DNA of 64,000 nucleotides, from assembly GCA_004022145.1 (NCBI GenBank), contig RCNU01000014.1, one strand, 5' to 3'. How positions within the stretch are numbered: position 1 is the stretch's first letter; each line of letters begins with the position of its first letter. Made by a program: the position numbers and the translations under genes. The notes under the pieces are model-generated. The model worked only from the letters and a program-made list of their open reading frames with translations, was not told where the DNA came from and did no database searches. Source of the DNA: Paecilomyces variotii (Eukaryota). Shown here one piece after another: positions 13,310-25,212 of this stretch.

Positions 13310-14939
13310 GGTATCCGCTATCTCTAGGCGCGATATGTATTAACTACCGTAGCGCTCCATCCGTTCACGTCAAGTGTAGTGCTATTTGGTCTTTACTCGG
13401 GATAACTACAATCCAGCAATGAATACGTAGTGTGAATTCTCTTCTTAATTCACCTTCTTGACCAGTTACTCTTGACTAGGTATAAAATTTCCATCCTGCT
13501 TCGTCTCCCCCCTACTACGCACTTCAACTCTCGCCCTCATCCACTTTAATCTTACTATACCACTCTTGGCTTATCATAATTCACCTGGATAATCACCTTT
13601 ATATCCCTATAGCTTAACATCGTACTCTTACTTGTATATACCTTCCGCTTCTCAAAGGCGAGCTTTACAGATGCTCTTTGTCTTATTTCGGCCTACTTTT
13701 GACCGCTACACGCAACCTCTATACTTTCTTCCAAAGTAGTTCTAAGTATGGTATTGAAAACCCAGCTACGGAGAAGACTGGGAGAAGCGAGGAAGAGAAA
13801 GTCCAGCAGCGAACGTGGCAATCAGATAGATGAAATGTGGATTTGGAATGGACAAAAAAGTGAGGACAAACCGCAGCACCTTTCGCTAGACACCCTTCGG
13901 CCGGACTTTCCCGTTGCTCTCGATGGGTGACAACAGAGGAGCGTAATAAGCTCCAAAGGTTATACAACTGGAAATGCGGCCGAATCGCCCTGGGAATCCT
14001 GCAGCATTGCCAGGACAGGATCGACTGGATCCAGAACCACACGCCAGAGGGCCCTGAGTGCGTTGATATCACCCTCCATTTGGTTATAGTGTCTTTTTCT
14101 CCTTTACGTCCCGATGGACCTCGATGATGACGACGACGGTGACGATAAGGAAGATGACAATACAAATCGCGGTGATGGTTAAATAGAAAAGCTGTACTGC
14201 AAGGCAGCCAAAAAGGTGCAGATAGCGAAGACTCGCAAACGCCAAACAAGAAAGTACAGTTGTCTGTCACTCAAACTAATCAGAACCAGGACAAAACGAG
14301 ACAATATATTACTTCTGAGAGCAATTAAGAATTTGGTCCACGATATACTACTACACTTGGTTATGGTTCTGCAGATTTCTTTCCGATAGCCTGCTGTCGG
14401 ACTTTGCAGGATCTTGGTGAAGTAGTTGTTTTTGAACAACCAGTCGTCCATCTCTATATATATTTTTTGCTGATTCTTTTATTTTATCGATTCTTCTAGA
14501 AGACTCCTCCTTTGCTATAGCTCTGTGCCATATTTCCCTAATCTTGCCTCTGAAGTCCAGGATCGATACAGACAGTTTGTCCCTCTGGACATTCGATGTC
14601 ATCAAGCTTTCTTTTGCCTCTGTGACGCGACTTCGTCTGATGTCCGGCGTGATCCTCGCAGCTCATTGGTCTGATCGAATTCACTTCGCGTACGCGAGCG
14701 AATTGCCTAGGTGATTCACTTATATTATAATGATCCCGTTTATCGGCAGTCTTGATAGTTACTGGCCAGCAGAAACTATTGTAACAATGACATGGATGAT
14801 ATCACTATGCAACCCATGCAATCAGCATCTAGGACAACAGTCGCGCGGTTCTTGTTGCTAAGGATCCCGTATCAGAGTAAACGCGCGTGAGCCGTTTCAA
14901 TGCAGCAGACTGGAGGACAACAGCTCGCCAGCACATACA

Positions 14940-15366
14940 GTCATCAATAAGAAAATGACCGACTCAGAGTTTGAGCAGTCTGACTTTGCCGCCAACGGGG
15001 ACTCTGGCTATTACAGGATCAGCACGATCAGCCAGGTTAGGCAGGCACGTCATGTGTATCTAGCATATTAGCCATTCCCCTCCGTAGAGAGGAATCCATC
15101 ATCTTCATCCTCTTCCACTACTACTACGAGTCTTTCGTATCACTGGCTCTTTTGTTAATGGTGTGGTTAATGGTTTGCTGTTTGCAGTTGTGAGAAATAA
15201 CCATGGGGTGGCAGGAGCAGTCATGGGTATGGCGGATGTGCTTGGGTCAATTTGTCGGAAACTCGGCGATGTTTTGAAGACTTCTTGAAGAGCTTGACTA
15301 ACGACGAGAGATCCGAAATCGAGCACAACGACACCCTGCACGGTTATTATTGAGCTGCCGGTTTGA
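14940..15366 (+). pseudogene. C-terminal relic of a trypsin-like (GDSGS) serine protease gene interrupted by a solo LTR
   Basis: Removing 15009-15147 restores VINKKMTDSEFEQSDFAANGDSGSFVNGVVNGLLFAVVRNNHGVAGAVMGMADVLGSICRKL. Further stops follow at 15286 and 15295, then ...PCTVIIELPV* ends at 15366. Confidence 0.65.
15009..15142. mobile_element. Solo LTR (134 bp) of a second retrotransposon family
   Basis: Termini TATTAC...GTATCA fit TG..CA with one RIP-type TG>TA change. Flanked by a perfect 5-bp direct repeat CTGGC (15004-15008, 15143-15147), and excision restores a reading frame. Confidence 0.75.
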
Positions 15367-18180
15367 CTTTGATCTTTGTTTTTTCTTGCTTTAGACACAA
15401 AAAATTCTGAGGGCCCCAACTTGAAACCTCAAGTTTCGAGCATATCTCGATCATCCACTCTACGACAGGTGCTTCGGACCGACTCTGGCTGCTCCATGAC
15501 AATGATTGACAAAGGATTTGACGGCCAAACCAAACCATACTTCTCCTCGCCCAGTCTATCATGGCATCACCACTATTGTATTTAACTATTCGCTCGTCAA
15601 CGAGGACGTTGATCCTTTTTTCAGAGGGGGGTATAATGATATGGAAAGGTGCCACTATTAGTATAGTGGGTCACGGAGTTCCCCATGTAGTGGATAGAAT
15701 TCATCTTTCATCTTCCCCAACACCGATACCGTACCGTTCCGCTTAGGTTTTGACTTGTGGGTAACAAACACTCGATTAGTTATGATCTTGTCCTCGCGAT
15801 GAATACCTTTGCGCGTTTGGTGTGTCATGCGTCGCGATCGGCGGTGTCGCTCTACTCTTTAGCAAGGTGACTATATCATATACCGGGAAATCAAAGATGG
15901 GGGAAATCAAGGGAATATTTGTCCACGAACTGATGCCTGAAGATGAGAGTAGAAACTGAGCCAGAAGGGTTCTATGATGGGGAATTTTGTATTCCATAGT
16001 CTGCTGCTGCAGTTGCTTGTGAAAATGGACGAGCAGGACAACGCTCGTTTTCTCTTTCTACCTATTCGATAAGTTGCCGATTTCGTCTTTGGGCTAGAAA
16101 GTACTGCAGTAAGTATGGGCCCGCTGGGTTGTCTGGGTTTCATAAGTAGTTATTGTGGCCATTGCTGCTTCCTGTGACTAGCTATTCCTAGATAGAGGAC
16201 ATTGGTTAATGAGGCCGTGTGCTGCGTTTACGATATCGATCCTACTTGCTATCATTCTGGCTTGTGAGAATAATACCAGCAATTGTAGAGTAGACCTGAA
16301 GATCTTATCATCCATGGATCCATGTCGTCATGATTAAGCGAAGGCGGTTAGTTCACTAGGTATCTAAGTTACTTGCACACCGCTTTCGCCATGTTGCGCC
16401 GAATCCGTATGCCAAGACGCATTGGATACGAGGGTATCTTCCCTGATCCTTCGACAGGCAGCGGTGTATGGACGCTGTTGATTTCAGATTTGAATTCCTG
16501 GTCTCTGGTATGGTCTGATCTCGTCCTGTATGATTCTGATCAAGGCGATGTGGGAAATTTGGGTGTGTGGTCAGTCTTGAGCTGGAAGATGGGGTGGTAT
16601 CCGTACGGGGATATATATATATCTGGTGCGTGAAGACATACGACCACTGCGAAATCCTACGAAGATCATCCCGTCTCCAGTAGACTGGAAATCCATCAGA
16701 TATCGATCTATACGTTGATATGCCATTATCATTGTATAGTTAACTCTATCAGCACTGGCGGGGAACCCAGTCCCCTGCATCATCGCTTATCAATAGTAAA
16801 CAATACCCTTGCATTAACAGAACTACTAGTTAGACATAACTAGTTGACACCGTCCAATCTGATCATTGAACCGGATCTATAACAATGTAAACACTAAAAA
16901 GATCGGTGTACTTTATTTCAATGCTCTCTGAACATACGAACGAAAGTCTAGAACGGAATTCCCCGTCTGTTCTGCACTACTAGAAAATAGGAGACAGATT
17001 ACAGAAGGACTGAGAATGGAGAACATAAAAAGGGCGATTTTTAGCGGAGAATAAAAACCACCTAGGGACTGACTAACTCATTAGCGGCGTGTATGGATCT
17101 CGGCACCAGTCGGCGCTTCGGTGATAGCCGAGAACAGGTCCAGGCCTCAGGACACGACAACCATGGTGCGATTCACGTTAAAGCCATGGATATGGACACA
17201 TAATAGTAGTTTGAAAGACCGTGAGAGTCAGCAAGAAGGAAAATTTTCATCGAGATTCGATTTTTTTTTTATTCCTTTTTTTAATCTTGTATACTGTATT
17301 ATTATTATGCCAGTGGCCTGATCGCCCGAGATAGGTCAATCTGCGCCACAAACGCCAAGCCTTCTAGACACGCACCAAAACCGGACGAGCCACTTTTTCT
17401 GGAAGGTCAACTTGCCGGCGATGCATTGCATAACCCGCACCTGATGTGTATTGATGAGTCAGCTCCTCTGTTCAGCCATCTCGCCCCCTTCCGACACCCC
17501 GCAATACCATGCACAACTTGTCAGTTATGCACAACCAACATAAAACCTCGGCAAGTGGAGCTGGGAGGATGACGCAAACGGAAGATTTTTGATAACTAGT
17601 CGACTATTCCTGATGCTTCTCGTTTTTGGCCGGTCTAATGAGTTCGTCCGTCGACGCTCCCAGACTGTCCGCGGACTGTTAACCACCGATGTCCGCTCTC
17701 CACCCTTTTTTGGAGGTTTATGGAGCCGATCCGTTGGTTTCTGCCAGTGTCTGAATCATCATGAGTCGTGGTTTGTGCAGTGCCAACCAGATGTGCTGTG
17801 CATTAGCCGTGCACAGCTCGTATATTATGTCTCTGTTGCCCCGAAACAGGATGCAGCCATGGCACCTGTATGCGCCGGTCTTCATTAACCCCGAAGCTGG
17901 GGTCAGTAAGCCCGTCCCTGGCCGTGACGGCCCCATGACCTCAAAAGCGTATGGTACTATATAGTATCGTGGGATCCCGCTCCTCTGGACTTCCTGTTTG
18001 GGTCCCGAGGCAAACTTTTAGACAGCTTACTTACCCTTCGTTTGTTGTCTGTATCCCCCACCCCACCAGTTTCTTCTACGCCTTACAGCAACCTCACACT
18101 TTGTTTCTGTTCACTCTACCATTCTCTCACTTGTCTCTTGCTGTACGGACCACAGGAGTAGTCGACTGTACGCAGCCGCC

Positions 18181-20028
18181 ATGGCGGACCGCAATGGGGG
18201 CCTCGAGGCGGAGAAGATCGAAAAACCAAAGACGTCAAAGATTCCCTACTGGCGCACCGTCATCGACCAGGGCGTCGTGACCCAAGAAGTTATCGACTAC
18301 CCATACAAAGGCTCAGGAACAGAAGATGACCCATACGCGGTCGAGTGGATTCCAAACGACCCTCGCAACCCGATGCAATACGGTGAGATCAAGAAATGGA
18401 GTATCACCATGTGTGTCGCCTTTGCAACACTGGCCGTGGCACTGGTCTCTTCCGCATATACGGGTGGTATCGACAAAATCATGGTTGAATTACACATCGG
18501 CCAGGAGGTTGCAACGCTGGGAGTGTCGCTGTTCGTCTTGGGATTCGCAATCGGTCCACTGATGTGGGCACCGATGAGTGAGCTCTTTGGGCGACAAGTC
18601 CTGTTCATCGGGACCTATGCTGGCCTGACTGCCTTCAATGCGGGCTGCGCAGGTGCCCAGAACGCTCAGACTCTGATCATTCTCCGGTTCTTTGCTGGTG
18701 CCTTTGGGTCCTCCCCCTTGACCAATGCCGGTGGTGTGATTGCTGATATGTTCCCCGCCGCGCAGAGAGGTCTGGCCATGAGTGTCTTTGCTGCTGCGCC
18801 CTTTCTAGGCCCGGTGCTAGGTCCGATCATTGGTGGATTCCTCGGAATGAATGCTGGCTGGCGATGGGTGGAAGGCTTTTTGGCCGCCTTCTCTGGCACC
18901 CTGTGGATCGTGGGATCTCTGCTGCTCCCCGAAACCTATGCGCCAGTGCTTCTCCGTCGTCGGGCTGAGAGACTCTCCAAGATCACGGGGAAGGTGTACA
19001 GAAGCAAACTCGACATCGAACGGGGCAAGGTCACGCTGGGAAGTGCCTTCAAGACATCGCTTTCCCGTCCTTGGATCCTACTCTTCCGGGAGCCCATCGT
19101 GTTCCTGCTTTCGGTCTACATGGCTATTATCTACGGCACTTTGTATATGCTGTTCGCCGCATACCCTATCGTCTACCAACGGGGTCGTGGCTGGAACCCT
19201 GGAGTAGGTAGCTTGCCCTTCCTGGGTATCATGGTCGGTATGCTTGCGGCTGTCATCTACACCATCCCTGATAACAAGCGCTACATCCGGACCCAAGAAC
19301 AGCACGGCGGATTCGCACCTCCCGAAGCACGCCTGGTACCCTGCTTGCTGGCATCTATTGCAGTCCCCGTTGGACTCTTTTGGTTCGCCTGGACCAATTA
19401 CCCTTCCATTCACTGGATGGCGAGTATTGCAGCCGGTGTTCCATTCGGATTTGGAATGGTTCTAGTCTTCCTCAGCATCATGAATTACCTGATCGATGCA
19501 TATACAATCTTCGCCGCGTCTGTCTTGGCAGCCAACTCAGTTCTGCGGTCTTGTTTCGGTGCCGCCTTCCCCTTGTTCACCACCTACATGTACAACAACC
19601 TGGGAATCCACTGGGCATCTTCGATCCCCGCGTTCCTGGCAGTGGCCTGTATTCCCTTCCCCTTCCTCTTCTATAAATACGGCCCTGCCATTCGTACCCG
19701 GTGCAAGTTCGCTGCCCAGTCCGAAGAGTTCTTGCGGAAGCTGCAGCAACAGGGCGAGCCGGAAGAAGAGGCCGAGGAAGAAATCAAGGAGGCGGAGGCT
19801 TTCGATCGCACCGAGGCCTCTCCTCCACACTCACCGGTTTCCAGCGACAGCGAGTCTGCTGTCGAGGAACTTCCTTCTGTGCGTCACGAGCGGAGCATGG
19901 CCTCCATGCGCAGCGGCTCTCTGCGCCGTTCACAGACTGGCAGTAGCGTTGGTCGTACGAGGAGTCTCTATGAGGGCAACCCATACGATATCGACCGTGT
20001 CAACACGCGGGAATCCTTCAAGCGTTGA
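18181..20028 (+). CDS. MFS drug:H+ antiporter (DHA1 family, Tpo/Flr-like), intronless, 615 aa
   Basis: DPRNP...KKW N-terminal motif, WAPMSELFGR, LRFFAG, GPVLGPIIGG, PETYAPVLL, PEARL, and about 12 hydrophobic segments. Confidence 0.92.
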   Translation: MADRNGGLEAEKIEKPKTSKIPYWRTVIDQGVVTQEVIDYPYKGSGTEDDPYAVEWIPNDPRNPMQYGEIKKWSITMCVAFATLAVALVSSAYTGGIDKIMVELHIGQEVATLGVSLFVLGFAIGPLMWAPMSELFGRQVLFIGTYAGLTAFNAGCAGAQNAQTLIILRFFAGAFGSSPLTNAGGVIADMFPAAQRGLAMSVFAAAPFLGPVLGPIIGGFLGMNAGWRWVEGFLAAFSGTLWIVGSLLLPETYAPVLLRRRAERLSKITGKVYRSKLDIERGKVTLGSAFKTSLSRPWILLFREPIVFLLSVYMAIIYGTLYMLFAAYPIVYQRGRGWNPGVGSLPFLGIMVGMLAAVIYTIPDNKRYIRTQEQHGGFAPPEARLVPCLLASIAVPVGLFWFAWTNYPSIHWMASIAAGVPFGFGMVLVFLSIMNYLIDAYTIFAASVLAANSVLRSCFGAAFPLFTTYMYNNLGIHWASSIPAFLAVACIPFPFLFYKYGPAIRTRCKFAAQSEEFLRKLQQQGEPEEEAEEEIKEAEAFDRTEASPPHSPVSSDSESAVEELPSVRHERSMASMRSGSLRRSQTGSSVGRTRSLYEGNPYDIDRVNTRESFKR

Positions 20029-20973
20029 TCATGTTGTGGCCAACGTCTCTTATCATCCGACCATCGACTGATATGCAACACCGCATTACCATACTAATAA
20101 ACGACGCTTCCAATCTGGCGTTGACACCTTGTTTACATATTAGACCTCGACCTCTTGTGCTTCGCGGGTGTTGATGTTTTCTGCGAGATGCGAGAACAAA
20201 AAAGTGTTTCCTCTTCCATCTGTCTATTGCATGAATATTCGACGTTCCCCGGCGTACCGTTGGTCTTATACCCGGAAAGAGCTTTGCTGATATGCTATGT
20301 TCATACATTGTTACGTGTACATGTGTTTGGGTTGCATGCAATTATGGCTGCATATTGATATTGATCTAATGATGTTTTCTGCATGTATTTGCATATGGAC
20401 ATGTACATAGCTAATGAGCGTAATAACTTATTATTATTATTATTATCGTCATCATCACCATCATTGTCATTACTATTTTATAGATCTGCTCTTTCCTGTA
20501 ATAGTATGCAATGCATTCATTATTAGCCTAAAAGTGACAGATATCGTCCTGACTAAGCAACCTTGACGGAAAATCGGCAAAGTTCGCGGCAGAATAGTTA
20601 TCCGATCAATTAAGTTATGGCATTATTATCACCAGACAAACTCACGTTCTTTCAACCTGCTTTTGCTTTGCTGTAATACAGGAAGACCACTCTCCCCTCC
20701 TTTCCCTTCCAACAGTTCATTCATTCTTTTTTTTTTTCCATTGCGAATAGACCATCTTATTAGATTTCGTTGTTTGTATAGACCTCGACTTTCCCGCGCG
20801 ATTCGTTAGTTAAGTATCGGCCATATCGACCCAAGCCGATTTCGGGAGAACAAAGAAGAATTGGACAAAAAGTATACGCCCGAAACTACCACGCAGGAAC
20901 TGGATTCGATATATCAGAAGAGCAATCAATTGGCGCTCCAATCGATTCCCGAAAACAAAACATCATCAAAGAA

Positions 20974-22075
20974 ATGAAAATCACCACGCGGGGCGTATGC
21001 TCGGTCCGACGGCCCACCATCTCTTCCAGATATCGCGTACAAAGGAAGACGCAACAGCGACGATATAAAGCCAGCAGCGCTCCCGAGAACGGGTCTGGGT
21101 CATCATCTTCGGAGGAAGCAGTGAAAAGCCATGGCACTGCGAAAGCAGACGCAACAGCGTCCCCGGCGGGACCGGTAGCGTCATCTGCGGGAGCGTCTCC
21201 TGCGCCGTTGGCGACGCAGCCTGCTCGTCGGTCGTTCGGTCAGATGGTGCGAGCGAGTGCGCTGGGGAGGTTGGGCGATGCGTATAGTAGAGCGCAGCAG
21301 AGGAGGCCCTATGTGACGCAGCTGTGCAGTTCGTTGGTGGTGTATCTCATTGGAGATCTGAGTGCGCAGTTCATGTTTCCGTCGGATGATAAGAAGGGTG
21401 GTGCGAAGGAGGAGACGAAGAGTGACGCTGGTGCAAGTGAAGAGGAGCAGAAGGCGGAGGGAGGAAGTGGAGGAGGGTATGATCCTTTGAGAACACTGAG
21501 GCATTTGACTGTGGGTGCCATCTCGAGTATACCGAGTTATAAATGGTGAGTTCCTTGGATTGTGAGAGATATGCGCAGCGGTTATTCTCCGGATAGGGGT
21601 TTGGGTGTACGATGCTAATGATTGATTGTTCTTGGGATGTATCAGGTTCATGTTCCTCCACCACAACTTCAACTACGCTTCCAAATTCCTTTCTATCACC
21701 ACCAAAGTCGCCGTGCAGCAGGCCTGCTTTACCCCCGTCTTCAATACCTACTTCTTCAGCATGCAATCTCTCCTGGCTGGTGCTTCCCTGGATGAGACCT
21801 GGGAGCGACTGAAGAAGGCCGTGCCCACGAGTATCAAGAACAGCGTCAAGTTATGGCCGGCCGTCACGGCGTTCAGTTTCATGTACATTCCGCCGCACTT
21901 TCGCAGCGTATTTGGAGGCACGATTGCCGTGGGCTGGCAGACGTATCTCAGCTGGCTGAACCAGAAGGCTGCACGAGAAGTTGAGGCTGCAGAGGCCGCC
22001 GATAGGATACATGCACAGACTGGCGGCTTGACTTCTGCTGAGATTTCTCCTTCTCAGGTAGCAATGAAGACGTGA
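20974..22075 (+). CDS. Mpv17/PMP22 family membrane protein (intron 21546-21645)
   Basis: GDLSAQ, YDPLRTLR, KVAVQQACFTPVFN, WPAVTAFSFMYIP, WQTYLSWLN, with an Arg/Ser-rich targeting-like N-terminus. Confidence 0.88.
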
Positions 22076-22625
22076 TGAAGTGCGCGCCTTTGGAGGAAAC
22101 TCGCTGAATTTTGAGGATTGTGCGCTGTTATAGATTTGATAGATAGACTGGCTGGGCGTTTTGGCGCTTCTATGCAAGGCTGGGCCTTGCAGGGCAGTTT
22201 GCTTTTGAATTGTATATAGATAGACTTATTTGTATCCTTTTATAACTATTGCAATTGATCTGGGATTCACGGATCTACTAGGTTCCATCTTATGCAACGA
22301 ATCTGATGCACCCGCTGTTCAAGGATGCAGATACCTATTATTATCGTGGTTCATATTCAAGAACAGTGCGCGATAATAGGTACTTACTTTTACATATCGA
22401 CGATATCTTATCGGCAACGAGATCGGATTACCGATCTAAACATACATGAACAAAAAAGAAAATTGGCAAGGCTATTATTATTATTATTAAACGCGCTCCC
22501 GTCGCGGGATGACGCTATTAGTAAATCAATCAATTCCGCAGAAAACAGAGATGATTGCAAATCATCTCCATCTCTTCCCCCGCATCCCCATGAATTAATC
22601 CTGAATCCCTGCATATTCGCAGGCC

Positions 22626-24631
22626 ATGACCTGTCGATCTCCTCAGATATCCTCATCAGGGACCGGGTTCGATGAGAGCGGTGGCAGCGAATACGGATCC
22701 GACTTCACTCCGGATGAAGAGGAGTTGTTGAACGAGCTGCTCGCGAAGGCGGCCGCCACTCACCAACGCGCCGCCACCGCGAGCCAGGACCATTTCCATA
22801 TTCCCGCGACCACGACAGCGACAGCTGTGGAGGTAGAAGAAGAAGAAGAAGTGTCTAGGCAGGATTTGCAGTCTCTTCAGCCAAATCTTGTCATAGGGGA
22901 TATTGAAGATTATGGGGATCCACGGACTGCTCGCGTGCCCAAGGTCCTGGGCAGGGAGAAATGGAGTCCGAGGAAGACACAGCAGGTTCTTTGGCCGTGG
23001 AGGCCTGCTTCAAGTCAGGACAGGAGCAACGTTGGCTCCGCGCGTGGTATGTTTGCTTGCTTGCTTGCTCTTCGTCCCCCGCTCTCTGCTAAGGGAGTCT
23101 GTCCTGTCTTGAGGGAAGCGCTGACGGTCTGACTGTCAAGCGTCTAGTTGAACATCCGGATTCGATCGAAGGTCGCGAGCGAGAACGCGAGAGGGATCGG
23201 GCGCGTGAGCTGAACTGGATCCAGCGTGAAAATACACCAGGAAGCGTAGAGCAGTCGGACGTGCAGTCGCCGCTCGATCGCTTCAGACGGCCTCCGAACA
23301 AGGCGTTCTCGGTGACGGACCTCGTCTCGCCGGCTTGGTGCGAGCTGCAGTACTGGTACATATTGACGAAGCATGGACGGAAGAGGAGGACGGCTGCGAT
23401 GAAGCAGGGGAGTGCGGTTCATAAAGTCCTGGAAGATGAGGTCCATACGATGGTTCCCGTGGAGATTACGACGAAGGAGGATGCATGGGCGTTGAGGATA
23501 TGGAATGTCATCCAGGGTCTGCGGACTCTTCGAGATTATGGAATGACAAGAGAGCTGGAGATATGGGGCTTGATTGATGGCGAAATCGTTAACGGGGTCA
23601 TCGATCAGCTGTCCTATGAGTGTCCGGATCCCGAGTTGGAGGCTTCGAGCGAGGCTTATTACGCGGATGCGCAGGCTGCCAGGGCTGTCCTGCCGGAGTA
23701 TCAGATGTCCATTACGGATTATTTACTGTCTCCATCGCAGGGAGGGAAGAAGCTTTCTGATATCGCGTGGGCTGAACCGCAAAAGGCTTCCAGGGACGTA
23801 TTCGATCCTCCACCACCGGAGGTTTTCAATACACCCAGGATCTACATGACTGATATCAAGACTCGGGGAACGCGGTCTATCCCTACTGTCTCCAGCTCAT
23901 CGTTTCGACCCACGCAGCTCCAGCTGCAGTTCTACTACCATCTGCTCAATCGTCTGATAACGAGCGACGACGTCACGATGGAACTGCTTGCTACTCGCTA
24001 CGGTCTGGACCCGGACCGCGCATTTTCCGACGCATTCGTCGCCGAGGTTGGCGGACTGAACGATCAGTTCTTCGAGGCTCCGTCTTCCTTAGATTCAGAT
24101 CCGGATTATATCCCATCGGAGAAGAGACGTGAGCCTTCATCATCACCAACAACCGCACTGTCAGCAAGTCAAGATTCAACTAGCATTCTCCTTTCCCACA
24201 ACAACCTCAATGCTCTCTGGAGCCTGATGAAGACTCAACTTCGCCGCACCTTTCTACCATCTGAAGACTCCATAGTCTCTCCTTCTATACCCGCCCTCTC
24301 GCAACCCGACATCCTCGCCGCTTACCCCACCACTCTATCCCCGCTATTGACAGCAAAATACCTCTCGTCCACCGTAACAGACGACGAGACATCCCCCAAG
24401 AACCTCGGCAGCCGATCATTCCTCTTCGATCCGTCTTCCCTGACTTCCTACATTTCGGAACAGATGGCCTGGTGGCGCGGTCGACGATCCCCGCGTGGCG
24501 TTGAGGTCATGGATGCGTGGAAATGCCGGATCTGCGAATTCAGAGACGAATGCACATGGCGCGAAGAGAAGGAACGCGCCTTTGCAGGTCGACGAAAGAG
24601 GAGAGGAAGCTCCGTTGGACTGACGATATAA
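22626..24631 (+). CDS. exo5: Exonuclease V (Exo5/Dem1, Fe-S PD-(D/E)XK nuclease); intron 23047-23147
   Basis: LDRFRRPPNKAFSVTDLVSPAWCELQYWY, GSAVHKVLE, TRELEIWG, GVIDQL, DIKTRG and C-terminal KCRICEFRDEC. The intron joins the two ORFs in frame. Confidence 0.9.
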
Positions 24632-25212
24632 TCTTAACCCAACTCACCTTACATATAAATTGGGGGAGGTCTAAAAGGTCTGGCGTTTTATTAGATTGGG
24701 ATGATATTGGGGCGTTTTCAAGTGCGTTCAAAAATGCATATCAGGAAATGGAATCTTGTTTTGTGTGTTGCATTTTACGCCTAGGTGGATCTAGTATTTT
24801 ACGCAGGCGGCGTTTGAGGTTTCTATTGAAGGCAAGGCATCAGCTGGAACCTTTCTCATGGGGTCACGTATACATATCGGATAATCTCTGTAAATAGCCT
24901 CTTCAATGATTACATGGTGGTATAGATGGTATTCTTTTGATTTATCATTGTAACGATGACGACGATGAGCATATCATATCATTAGTTATCAATATATGCG
25001 GATTTCTCCTGCACTGGAAGAATAAAAGTAATAACCAAGTAAAGATATTGATATTGAGAAAGTAAATTTATCACAACTCATTTTATCTACAAGAAATACT
25101 TATGAAACTTCTTTTTTCCACATGAGTCGTAGCCCAGCCAGACAGACATAAATAAAGACTGGCTTATCTTATTTCCATACAACGACTACCTCATACCATC
25201 ATCTATCTTATT

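Noticed and set aside
17069-17461. Yap1-like TGACTAA and Gcn4/CpcA-like TGAGTCA sites upstream of the MFS transporter
   Set aside because: Single 7-mers occur frequently by chance, and TGACTAA also appears in unrelated intergenic regions here. Not supportable without conservation data.
17935-18280. Upstream/overlapping ORFs before the DHA1 MFS gene
   Set aside because: Their ATGs lie at or before the probable TATA box (CTATATAG, 17957) and CT-rich tract, so they are probably not in the mRNA.
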